A DNA stretch of 64,000 nt from Thermoplasmata archaeon (GTDB taxonomy: Archaea > Thermoplasmatota > Thermoplasmata > RBG-16-68-12 > SOIM01): contig JAGLME010000004.1 in NCBI GenBank assembly GCA_023140195.1, forward strand, positions 8,578-72,577, read 5' to 3'. Shown one piece after another: positions 1 through 8,693 of this stretch; positions within the stretch are counted from its first letter, which is position 1, and every line of letters begins with the position of its first letter. The notes beneath the pieces were generated by a model, which was not told the origin of the DNA, did no database searches, and saw nothing but the letters and a program-made list of their open reading frames with translations. The position numbers and the translations under genes were made by a program.

Positions 1-56
1 GGGTCACGAGTTCGAAGAAGGCGCGGGTACTGGCGCGATAGTAGAGTATATGTAGA

Positions 57-1037
57 CTATCTCCAGGTCACGTCCACGTCATCCGTTCTGAATCTTTGAT
101 TGATATGAGTATCATCTATTGTCATTCTTATCCCGGACTCGTACTCCAGAAAGCCGGTCCAGGCTATCATGGCACCGTTGTCGACGCATAGCGATGGATC
201 CGGAACGAACTTGCTGGCTCCCCTATCCTTTGCCATCCGATCCACCATTTCACCCAGCCTCTTGTTGCAGGCGACTCCCCCGCCGAGCAGGACCTCGTTC
301 TTCTCCAGATGCGCCATGGCCCTCTCGGTCACTTCCGTCACCATCGCGAAACTTGTCTCCTGAAGCGAGGCGCAGACGTCCTCCAGGCCCTCGCCCTTCT
401 TGTGGAGGTTCAAAGCCGCGGTCAGGATGCCCGAGAACGACACGTCCATACCTTTCACCGAGTATGGCAGTTGTAATAGCTTGTCGCCTTTTTCCGCGAG
501 TCCCTCTATGGCCGGACCCGAGGGGAAGGAAAGACCGACCTCCCTGCCGAACTTGTCCAGCATGTTCCCTATGCCGATGTCGAGCGTTTCCCCGAGAACG
601 CGGTATCTCTTCTCTGTAAATGCGATGACCTGTGTATTCCCGCCGGAAAGGTACAGCAGAACCGGGTCCTCGCAGCCCGTGGTCTTCCTCCCGATCTCCA
701 GGTGTGCGATACAGTGGTTCACTCCCATGATGGGTTTTTCGAGGGAAATGGCAAGCGCTCTGGCACCTGTGGCTACCGTCCTCAGACACGGACCAAGACC
801 GGGACCCTGGGAGAAGGCCACAAGATCCACGTCTTCAAACCTCTTCCCCGCTGACTTGAGCGACTTCTTGACGAGGTGGATAAGGACGTCGGCATGGTGG
901 TTGGCCGCCTCTCTGGGATGTATCCCTCCCTCCAGAGGTTCATACATGTCCGTGAGGTTGGACAGGATGTTGCAGTTCTCGTCGACGATGCCCACACCAA
1001 CGGTGTGAGCCGTTCCTTCGATGCCAAGACAGAGCAC
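57..1037 (-). CDS. kae1: KEOPS complex tRNA N6-threonylcarbamoyltransferase Kae1 (stand-alone, not fused to Bud32)
   Basis: LGIEGTAHT N-terminus, GGIHPREAA, GPGLGPCLR, metal-binding VNHCIAH, LSGGNTQ, GETLDIGIGN, DNGAMIA; ends RTDDVDVTWR. Confidence 0.96.
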   Translation of the reverse strand: MLCLGIEGTAHTVGVGIVDENCNILSNLTDMYEPLEGGIHPREAANHHADVLIHLVKKSLKSAGKRFEDVDLVAFSQGPGLGPCLRTVATGARALAISLEKPIMGVNHCIAHLEIGRKTTGCEDPVLLYLSGGNTQVIAFTEKRYRVLGETLDIGIGNMLDKFGREVGLSFPSGPAIEGLAEKGDKLLQLPYSVKGMDVSFSGILTAALNLHKKGEGLEDVCASLQETSFAMVTEVTERAMAHLEKNEVLLGGGVACNKRLGEMVDRMAKDRGASKFVPDPSLCVDNGAMIAWTGFLEYESGIRMTIDDTHINQRFRTDDVDVTWR

Positions 1038-1269
1038 GCAAGAAGATTGACGACCTTCCTAAAATCCTTTCCCAATCGGTTTGTTGCTGGTTTCGGACAT
1101 TGGAAGCCATGATTAGTCTTTTCGATGTTCGGATTCGTCTAGAAGTTCTCGTTTCATGAGAAATAGTTAAGTAGAAATCAGCATATCCTCGAGAACGTAC
1201 CCGCGCCCTATTGTGGAAGGCGAGGGTGAGAACTCTGTAGATCTATGACTTATCGGGGAGGAACGGGAA

Positions 1270-2658
1270 ATGAATGACGCTGCTGAGGAAGGCGACAAGA
1301 GCAAGAAAGCTCCTAGCGAGGAAGAAGTAGAGAAGTTGATTCACAAGGCTGAACTGCCGGCAAGGCAGGCTGCCGTCTACCATCCATTCTATGAAGGAAA
1401 GATCGAGATCATGCCCAAGGTCAGAATCAAGGATTTCAACGACTTTTCCATCTGGTACACACCGGGGGTCGCGGAACCGTGCAGGATAATCGAAAAGGAC
1501 CCTGAAGAAGGGTTCAGACACACGAACAGATGGAACACCATCGCGGTCGTCTCGGACGGCACGCGGGTCCTGGGTCTGGGGGACATCGGTCCTCTTGCCG
1601 GACTTCCGGTAATGGAGGGCAAGGCCTTGCTCTTTAAGTACCTGGGAGGAGTGGACGCCTACCCCATTGTCCTGGACACAAAGGACCCGGACGAGATCAT
1701 CACCGCGGTGAAATGGCTGACTCCCTCATTCGGCGGGATAAACCTCGAGGATCTGTCCCAACCGAAGTGCTTCTACATACTTGACACTTTGAGAAAAGAG
1801 GCGACCATTCCGGTCTGGCACGACGACCAACAGGGAACGGCGACCGTAGTCGTGGCGGGGGTCATCAATGCGCTCAAGGTGGTCGGGAAGAAGATGAACG
1901 AAGCGACGATCTCCATGATAGGAGCAGGCGCTTCCAACATCGCCATCGCGAGAGTCCTGATAGCAGCTGGAGCGAACGCCGACAACATCATAATGGCTGA
2001 CAGCAAAGGCATACTCGGGCTTAACAGAACCGACATCAAAGACAAGTACCCAGAGAAATGGGCGATGGCACAGATGTCCAATAAGGAGGGACGCGAGGGT
2101 GGCACTTCAGAGTGTATGAAAGGCACCGATGTCTGCATTTCTGCCACGAAGCCAGGCCCGGGAGTCCTGAAGAAAGAATGGGTATCCTCCATGGCAGACG
2201 ACTCCATCATTTTCCCGATAGCAAACCCGGTTCCCGAGATTTGGCCTTGGGAGGCGAAGGAAGCTGGTGCGAGGATTATCGGTACCGGCAGGTCCGATTT
2301 CCCCAATCAAGTGAACAATTCCCTGGGTTTCCCGGGGATATTCAGGGGTACTCTTGACGTCTACGCCAAGACGATCACCGACGAGATGGTCATAGCTGCC
2401 GCGGAGGAGCTTGCACAGACAGCCGAGGACAACGGGATCCACGAAGAATACATCGTTCCAACGATGGACGAATGGGAGGTCTTCCCGAGGGAGGCCACAG
2501 CCGTAGCACTGAAAGCCATCGAACAAGGCATCGCAAGGGTGAAGAAGAGCAGGCAGGAGATCTTCGAGAGGGCCGAGTTCCTCATAAGGACGGCGAGGGA
2601 GAAGGTTCAGTTATTCATGAAAGAAGGTTTTATCAAAGAACCGCCACACGTTGAGTGA
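1270..2658 (+). CDS. NAD(P)-dependent malic enzyme
   Basis: [63 protein letters not shown] motifs. Confidence 0.95.
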   Translation: MNDAAEEGDKSKKAPSEEEVEKLIHKAELPARQAAVYHPFYEGKIEIMPKVRIKDFNDFSIWYTPGVAEPCRIIEKDPEEGFRHTNRWNTIAVVSDGTRVLGLGDIGPLAGLPVMEGKALLFKYLGGVDAYPIVLDTKDPDEIITAVKWLTPSFGGINLEDLSQPKCFYILDTLRKEATIPVWHDDQQGTATVVVAGVINALKVVGKKMNEATISMIGAGASNIAIARVLIAAGANADNIIMADSKGILGLNRTDIKDKYPEKWAMAQMSNKEGREGGTSECMKGTDVCISATKPGPGVLKKEWVSSMADDSIIFPIANPVPEIWPWEAKEAGARIIGTGRSDFPNQVNNSLGFPGIFRGTLDVYAKTITDEMVIAAAEELAQTAEDNGIHEEYIVPTMDEWEVFPREATAVALKAIEQGIARVKKSRQEIFERAEFLIRTAREKVQLFMKEGFIKEPPHVE

Positions 2659-2674
2659 GGGGGGAGAGACCGGC

Positions 2675-3847
2675 TCATTCCAGCTTTCCGGTAACGAACC
2701 CGGGCAATCGGTCCTTGGGTAGGATCCACCAGTAGAACTTGTTGAAGAACATCTTCTTGAAGTACGCCATTCTTGAGAAGGGCGGAGGCACGGGCGGGTG
2801 CTCATAGTCGAAGTCCAGCATTATTCCCCTCCTGAAGCCAGCGTCGCAGAAACAGGTGACCCTTCCATCATACTTCTCACCCTTTGAGGTCCCCCGGATG
2901 TCCCCGATAATGCTCCCGGTAACAACCGAGTTCTCGTAATGGGCGGCAGCGCCAGATTTCGAAACCGGTAGATTTGTGGCGTCACCTATGGCATAGACAT
3001 CGTCGTAGTCAAGCACCTTCAGTGTTTCCCTGTCCGTTATGATCCAACCTCCCCTGTCACACAGTTGAGTCGCCCGAATTACCTTGGCTCCCTTGTGGGG
3101 GGGAATGAGTATCAGAAGATCATAATCGGCCGACTCTCCTTCCAATGAATGGACCAGCTTCTTCTCCGGTTCAACGCTCTCAACGTTGAAGAATGTCTGG
3201 CTCTTGATGTTCTTCATCTCGAAGACCTCAGAGACGAGAGGGTCGATCGGCTCGATCGGGAAAATTCGGGGGAGAGGGGAAAGGAGCTCAATTGTAACCT
3301 TGTCCCTGATGCCCCTTCTGTGGAAGTAATAGTCCATGAGGCAGGCCGACTCTGCAGGAGCTGGAGGGCATTTGTACGGAATACCGCCGATACCTATGAC
3401 GATCCTACCGCCGTTGAATTCGGCCAATGCTTTCCGCAGTTTCACTGAGGATTCAGTGTCGTAGAAATGATAGGCGTCCTCGCACCCGGGTATATCTTCC
3501 GGATGTATTTCCGCACCCGTTGCCAGCACGAGGTAATCATATTCCAGCTTCTTGTCCTTCGAAGTTGTAACTTTTCGATCATCCACATCGATCTTGACCG
3601 CCTTGTCGACCACCAGATTCACTTTCCTCCTGAGCAGTTTCCTTTCATCCTTCACGATCTTGTGCGGTTTCTCATTTCCAAAGGAGATGTAAATGAAACC
3701 TGGCTGGTAGACATGCTTTCCATCCTCGTCCACGAGGGTAATCTCGGCCTCTTCCTTCTTCAGGCTCTTGGCAAGTGAGTTGGCGACCATCGTTCCCCCC
3801 ACTCCACCACCTAGAACCACAACTTTCTTCGTCACTTGATGCAACAC
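2675..3847 (-). CDS. Sulfide:quinone oxidoreductase-family FAD oxidoreductase
   Basis: GGGVGG FAD motif, YQPG, YDYLVLATG, KCPPAP and GRVTCF cysteines, YAIGD; third gene of a dsrE-tusA-sqr run. Confidence 0.8.
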   Translation of the reverse strand: MLHQVTKKVVVLGGGVGGTMVANSLAKSLKKEEAEITLVDEDGKHVYQPGFIYISFGNEKPHKIVKDERKLLRRKVNLVVDKAVKIDVDDRKVTTSKDKKLEYDYLVLATGAEIHPEDIPGCEDAYHFYDTESSVKLRKALAEFNGGRIVIGIGGIPYKCPPAPAESACLMDYYFHRRGIRDKVTIELLSPLPRIFPIEPIDPLVSEVFEMKNIKSQTFFNVESVEPEKKLVHSLEGESADYDLLILIPPHKGAKVIRATQLCDRGGWIITDRETLKVLDYDDVYAIGDATNLPVSKSGAAAHYENSVVTGSIIGDIRGTSKGEKYDGRVTCFCDAGFRRGIMLDFDYEHPPVPPPFSRMAYFKKMFFNKFYWWILPKDRLPGFVTGKLE

Positions 3848-3881
3848 TCCGTTCGAAAGCGTACGAGAATAGCCATCACGA

Positions 3882-4124
3882 CTATTTCAATTTCTTCACG
3901 ACAATCCTGTCATGATCCTCTTTGTCGAATACTCCAATGAGCTCGTGTCCGGCCTTCCCGACCCAAAGAGGAATGTCTCTCTTTGACCCGTTATCATTGG
4001 AGAGGATGGCAATCGTCTCTCCGACTTCGCCTTCCCTTATCGCACGAATGAGTTCCATCAGAGGTCCTGGGCAGAAACTTCCCCTGGCATCTATCAGAAC
4101 ATCAGTTTCGACATCATCGGACAT
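3882..4124 (-). CDS. tusA: TusA-family sulfur carrier protein
   Basis: 80 aa with IDARGSFCPGP signature and DIPLW...GHEL. Confidence 0.9.
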   Translation of the reverse strand: MSDDVETDVLIDARGSFCPGPLMELIRAIREGEVGETIAILSNDNGSKRDIPLWVGKAGHELIGVFDKEDHDRIVVKKLK

Positions 4125-4148
4125 TGAACCACCTGTAAACCGACCAGC

Positions 4149-4565
4149 TTAGATAAAGAGTGTTATCTTCGCGTCCTTGGCGCTGTCGACGAACTCACCC
4201 ACGCCGACGATATCGTCCACGATGTCATCGAAGCTGTCTTTGTCCATTCCCATGAGGTCTGCGGTCATGGCGCACGCCAAGACCTTGACATTCCCTAGCT
4301 CCTTTGCGGTCCTCAATGTGTCCAACCATGATGGGACGTTCTTCTCCTTCATCATCTGCATCATCATAGGGGCCATATCCTCGAAGTCCTTGCTCATTCT
4401 CGGCGGTTGCTCTGACGCGCCTTTGGCCAACGATTGGAGTCCCCAGAAGGTCGCGAAGATCTCCACGTCCATTCCCATTGCCACTCCCCCGGACGCCAGA
4501 ATGCCCACGGGCATCAGCTTGTCCATCGTTCCTGAGAACACTATCAATGACATTTTGTCTGCCAT
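4149..4565 (-). CDS. DsrE/DsrF-like (DsrE2-type) sulfur relay protein
   Basis: SLIVFSGTMDK, FATFWGL, VLACAMT, DIVGVGEF...ITLFI; ATG at 4565 after AGGTG RBS. Confidence 0.88.
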   Translation of the reverse strand: MADKMSLIVFSGTMDKLMPVGILASGGVAMGMDVEIFATFWGLQSLAKGASEQPPRMSKDFEDMAPMMMQMMKEKNVPSWLDTLRTAKELGNVKVLACAMTADLMGMDKDSFDDIVDDIVGVGEFVDSAKDAKITLFI

Positions 4566-4645
4566 ATTTGACACCTTTAGTCGACTTCATGTCGATTTCC
4601 GATTTAAGTGTTTGCAGATACTGGACAGACCTGTTGCGACTATCG

Positions 4646-4984
4646 TCACTTCTTGAGCGATTCCCGAACATCGAATGCGAATCTCACATTCGGAATTGCG
4701 ATTGAGCCGCCTATGACGAGAGCGATAGAGAGAGATTCGTCAATCTCCTCGTTCGTTGCGCCTTCCTCTAAACATCTATCGATGTGGTAGAATATGCACT
4801 CATTGCATCTGAGCACGACAGAAGCGACCAGCCCCATCAGCTCCTTGGTCTTTACAGGCAGTGCGCCTCCCTTGTAGGCCCGATCGTCCAATGCGAAGAA
4901 CCTCTGTATCTCCAGATTTCCAGATGCCAGGACCTTCTCGTTCATCCTTGCTCGGTATTCTCTCATCTCCTCGATGTTGACCAT
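4646..4984 (-). CDS. Carboxymuconolactone decarboxylase/AhpD-family protein
   Basis: GALPVKTKELMGLVASVVLRCNECIFYH (CxxC..H) and GATNEEIDE. Confidence 0.88.
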   Translation of the reverse strand: MVNIEEMREYRARMNEKVLASGNLEIQRFFALDDRAYKGGALPVKTKELMGLVASVVLRCNECIFYHIDRCLEEGATNEEIDESLSIALVIGGSIAIPNVRFAFDVRESLKK

Positions 4985-5065
4985 GGTAATTCCCCCTGTT
5001 ACGACGTCAGTACTGAAACACGGTCAAACGAAAAAAACGTTCGCTTTGGAGGGACTCGGCACTGG

Positions 5066-5635
5066 CTAGTTGTCCACAAGCTTTGCCCTGAGGTTCTGTC
5101 TTGCGAGAAGTCGTGCGATGTCTTCGAACGCCGGCTCCACGTTCGAGCCTGTCTTTGCGCTGGTCAGTCTATGAGTGGACTCGTAGTTCTGGGACAGCTT
5201 CTCGATGTCGCTCTCGGTGATGACGTACTCACCCTCGAGGTCGGCCTTGTTGGCCAGGAGCTCGACAGGGATCTTGCCGGTGACGTTGAAGGCGTTCATT
5301 ATCCAGTCCTCGAGACTCTCGAACGTCTCTCCGGATGTCAGATCGCAAACCGCTATCAGTCCTTGAGCGCCGAAGAAATAGGCCTCCCTAAGCAGGCTCC
5401 TGAACTCCTTGGCACCCATGATATCGTAGATTATCATGGCGATCTCGTACTCGATCCCCAGCTCCGGGAATGGAACTATCTCGCTCTTCTTGGTGACCTT
5501 TGCTCCGAGAGTTGCCAGATACTTGTCCTCAAAGCTGTCATAAACGAACCTTCTGACCAAGCTGGTCTTCCCCACGGAGCTGTCTCCGACCATGCAGACC
5601 TTGGCCTTTATCTTCTCACGTCTCAGGGGCGCCAC
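5066..5635 (-). CDS. Rab-like small GTPase (Ras superfamily)
   Basis: G1 GDSSVGKT, G2 ATLG, G3 DIMGA, G4 NKAD, G5 SAK; Rab-like YFFGAQG and TFESLEDW. Confidence 0.88.
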   Translation of the reverse strand: MAPLRREKIKAKVCMVGDSSVGKTSLVRRFVYDSFEDKYLATLGAKVTKKSEIVPFPELGIEYEIAMIIYDIMGAKEFRSLLREAYFFGAQGLIAVCDLTSGETFESLEDWIMNAFNVTGKIPVELLANKADLEGEYVITESDIEKLSQNYESTHRLTSAKTGSNVEPAFEDIARLLARQNLRAKLVDN

Positions 5636-5692
5636 GGGTGAATCCTCCGTGGCATTCCATTCGGTAGTGTGGGAATAAGAGTTTCTTTTTCA

Positions 5693-5708
5693 TTATCATA
5701 TATGATAA
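5693..5708. promoter_or_regulatory. Perfect 16-bp palindrome in divergent promoter region
   Basis: TTATCATATATGATAA is its own reverse complement and lies between the GTPase (-) and yjbQ (+) genes. Confidence 0.45.
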
Positions 5709-5763
5709 GTGTAGGCCAGACAGTCCCGAAATGCTCTGAAATCACCTCGAAAAGGAGAAGAAC

Positions 5764-6132
5764 TTGGAGATCCGGGGCAGAACATCGGACAAGGTCCGGG
5801 CCGAGGTTCGGAAATCGAACTTAAAGGAAGGAATGTGCATCCTCTTCGTGCCTCACACGACAGCGGGGGTGGCCATAAACGAGAACGCGGACCCGAGCGT
5901 CAAGAGGGACATTGTGATGGAGACCACCAAAATGGTCCCGTTCCAGGATGGATACCAGCACTCAGAAGGCAACGCGGCTGCTCACATCAAGTCAGTGCTT
6001 TTCGGACCCAATCTCACCTTGTTCATAGAAGACGGGGATATTGTTCTTGGAACCTGGCAGGGGGTGTTCTTCTGCGAGTTCGACGGACCGAGGAAGAGAA
6101 GAGTTCACCTGAGAATAGTTGAAAGTTCGTAG
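5764..6132 (+). CDS. yjbQ: YjbQ/UPF0047 family protein (secondary thiamine-phosphate synthase-like); N-terminus looks shortened
   Basis: PHTTAGVAINENADPSV, GNAAAHIKS, LGTWQGVFFCEFDGPRKR. Confidence 0.88.
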   Translation: MEIRGRTSDKVRAEVRKSNLKEGMCILFVPHTTAGVAINENADPSVKRDIVMETTKMVPFQDGYQHSEGNAAAHIKSVLFGPNLTLFIEDGDIVLGTWQGVFFCEFDGPRKRRVHLRIVESS

Positions 6133-6480
6133 TGCGCCCTCCAGCAGAGCTGTGTAAACGATAAAGAAAGCTTCGAATGCCAAAGGAAGTTGTAGAGACC
6201 TCGGGAAAAGTGTCTCATGTCATTACCATCTACGACGAAACCAAACGGCCTTTGCTTGATGTCTACTCAGAAGTATGAAGGAAGAAGACTTCGAAACATC
6301 GACAACGACGTTTTAGAGAGTTTAGTACACAAGGAGTCTTCATACGGGCCATTGATGCAATAGCTTCTAGTCGATAGAACTAGTTGCTTCAGCCCAGATC
6401 TGGATTTCCAAGGCCTCAGACAATGAATGGCCTCACTTTCTTTGGAAAGATTCCACTACCTAACTATACCTTGCGCAAGA

Positions 6481-6524
6481 ATAGAAAAATAGAGTAAAGA
6501 AGTTGTAGGAGAACCAACAACTTC
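6481..6524 (-). terminator. Hairpin plus U-rich tract downstream of the CxxC-x17-CxxC gene
   Basis: 8-bp stem GAAGTTGT(6499-6506)/ACAACTTC(6517-6524), followed on the minus strand by TTTACTCTATTTTTCT. Confidence 0.45.
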
Positions 6525-6566
6525 CGAAAACAGATTCTATATCGATTCAAGAATCAGATGCGGTAT

Positions 6567-6719
6567 TTAGAATCTTCTTGCTGGTTTGTGCTTCTGAAAG
6601 CACTCCCGGCAGTAAACAGGCTTGCCTTGCGTAGGTTTGAATGGTACTTCACATTCCTGCTTGCAGTCAGAGCACGTTGCTTTGTGCATTTCTCTTGGTC
6701 CTCTATCACCATATCCCAT
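6567..6719 (-). CDS. CxxC-x17-CxxC small zinc-binding protein (50 aa, absent from ORF track)
   Basis: Hand translation MGYGDRGPREMHKATCSDCKQECEVPFKPTQGKPVYCRECFQKHKPARRF*; GGAG RBS upstream. Confidence 0.9.
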   Translation of the reverse strand: MGYGDRGPREMHKATCSDCKQECEVPFKPTQGKPVYCRECFQKHKPARRF

Positions 6720-7397
6720 ATTCTTACTCTCCATAACGACCAGCAAAAGTCAATTGTGAACCTGACGTTACGCGTCTTGGAAGAAGCGGAGCGACAATTC
6801 CATACCTTGACAATTCCAATCGGTTATTAGCGGGAGAGAGTGTTATCACGTATTTAGCCTTTATTCTACGGTCTGAATCCCACGTTCTTTGGACGGGAGG
6901 TCAATACTGCTCTCAGGGTCGAAGGAATCGGTCTCTCTGGCAAACCGTACCGATTAGTGATCTTGCAGGAAACTGATGTGCTGGAGGCAGGGTATCCATA
7001 TTGGATTGAGGCGGCTGAAGATACCTGCTGGCTTACCTCCAACTGAGGGAAGACACTTCTAAACGCTCGTCACACTCTTCACAGAAGAAGCCCTGGAATC
7101 TGTCATGATTGATGGCTTCTGCCAAGCACAGTCAAATGAATACTCTCCCCAAACCTACGACCCAAGCCCTTATGTCGTAGATGATAATGAACCACGTCTT
7201 ATTCCATTTCAGTTCCGGAAATAGCCCAGGAAACCACTGAGAAGTGCCTGAAGATTTGATGAGGACGGGACCTAATTCCTGTCAACATCAGGCTTTCCAC
7301 CCAGGGGGTTTCAGGTTGACAACAAAATTACCAGAGTCCTTGTACCCCATGTTCATAGTTCAACCGTCGAGATAGGAATTGAGATTGTGGGATAGAT

Positions 7398-7499
7398 TCA
7401 ATCCTCAGAACTGTTCGGCTCCCCGTGTATCGGACAACTCCTCCCCAAACGGCAAAACCTGCACTTCTTGCGTTCGACCGGCATCAGAGGTTTTACCAT
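7398..7499 (-). CDS. Possible 33-aa Cys/His microprotein
   Basis: MVKPLMPVERKKCRFCRLGRSCPIHGEPNSSED* with C-x2-C-x5-C-x2-H; purine-rich GGAAGTACGGGAGA upstream. Confidence 0.35.
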   Translation of the reverse strand: MVKPLMPVERKKCRFCRLGRSCPIHGEPNSSED

Positions 7500-7602
7500 T
7501 CTCCCGTACTTCCTTCTCGGGATGCAAGCACCGATCCTGTATGGAGCTGTTGGAGATAAGAATAGCGATTGAATCCCGAAAGAACCTTCATTCACATCAT
7601 CC

Positions 7603-8268
7603 ATGGCAGGCCCGATGAGGATTGAGATCGATGCCTCTTTGAAGAGGACGCATGAAGGGTTGAGCGTTCATGAGATAGACATCGAGGGGTTGTCAATCAT
7701 GAGAGAGACCCCTGAGCTCAATGACTTCAAGAACGAAGTTGCCAGCAAGGTCAGGAACGAGTACGACCTGGAGAAGCTCAAGGATGTGGAGACGATAAGG
7801 AAGTACAGGGATTTCTTCTGGCGACTGGGCATCGACCCCACCAAGATAAGGCCAGCCAGCGAGGCGCTCATCAGGAGGATCCTGCAGGGAAAGGACCTCC
7901 CCAAGATCAACACGGCGGTGGACGCATACAACCTGGTCAGCATCGAGACCCACATTGCGATTGGAGCCTTCGACGATGCATTGCTCAAGGGTCGGTTGTT
8001 GATGAGAACAGCTGAAGAGGGGGAGAACTTCCTGGGAATAGGAATGAAAGAGACCAAGGTCTTGAAAGGTCAGGAGATAGTGATCTCAGACGAAGAGAAG
8101 CTCATCGCGGTATATCCGTACAGGGACGCGGACAACACCAAGGTCACCGATAGAACAGAGAGCATCTACATCCTCTCATGTGGAGTACCTGGGATAGAAA
8201 TGGAACAGCTGAGAGGGGGCAGCCTCCTCACGAAAGAGTACTTCGAGAAGTTCTGCAAGCGGGGCTAG
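7603..8268 (+). CDS. Stand-alone B3/4 domain protein (PheRS beta editing-like)
   Basis: YRDFFWRLGIDPTKIRPASEALIRR, LPKINTAVDAYNLVS, IGAFD. Confidence 0.88.
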   Translation: MAGPMRIEIDASLKRTHEGLSVHEIDIEGLSIMRETPELNDFKNEVASKVRNEYDLEKLKDVETIRKYRDFFWRLGIDPTKIRPASEALIRRILQGKDLPKINTAVDAYNLVSIETHIAIGAFDDALLKGRLLMRTAEEGENFLGIGMKETKVLKGQEIVISDEEKLIAVYPYRDADNTKVTDRTESIYILSCGVPGIEMEQLRGGSLLTKEYFEKFCKRG

Positions 8269-8282
8269 GATAGAAGTTGGGT

Positions 8283-8633
8283 TCACTCAGAAATCTCTTC
8301 AAGGTACAACTTGCCCTCGTTCGTGATCCCGAGCTTCCTTATCACGCTTGTAGCGTATCCGTTGAGCACTTCGGACTCAACGCTGGTGACCATTACGAGG
8401 TCGCGATAGAGCATTGAGGCGGTGTAACATCTGAGATCCGCCAGTTCGAGGTTGATCTCGTTCGATATGGCCCTCTCCGAGGCTTCCGGAACAGTCTCCA
8501 GATAGCTGAGCATCTTCCTTTCTTTCTCTTCATCCCGCAGGTCGCAGAAGTGAGTTATCCCGCTGATGTCCTCGAGCCTCTTCATCCGCTTCTTTATCTC
8601 CACCAGCTCGTCATAGAGCTTTGCCACATCCAT
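8283..8633 (-). CDS. Hypothetical protein, N-terminal coiled coil plus probable winged helix
   Basis: Likely start MDVAKLYDE at 8633; C-terminal ITNEGKLYLEE wing motif. Confidence 0.55.
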   Translation of the reverse strand: MDVAKLYDELVEIKKRMKRLEDISGITHFCDLRDEEKERKMLSYLETVPEASERAISNEINLELADLRCYTASMLYRDLVMVTSVESEVLNGYATSVIRKLGITNEGKLYLEEISE

Positions 8634-8693
8634 GTTATGTCTCCATTCGAATCGTATGCCACCAAGCATATTTATTGGTTGTTGAGCAACCAA

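Noticed and set aside
4784-5641. 285-aa plus-strand ORF
   Set aside because: Antisense shadow of the AhpD and GTPase genes, with no motifs.
5731-5739. In-frame TGA as possible selenocysteine
   Set aside because: It is not at a Cys-equivalent position and no SECIS-like element was identified.
6558-6830. 90-aa plus-strand ORF (MRYLESS...)
   Set aside because: Antisense shadow of the real CxxC-x17-CxxC gene.
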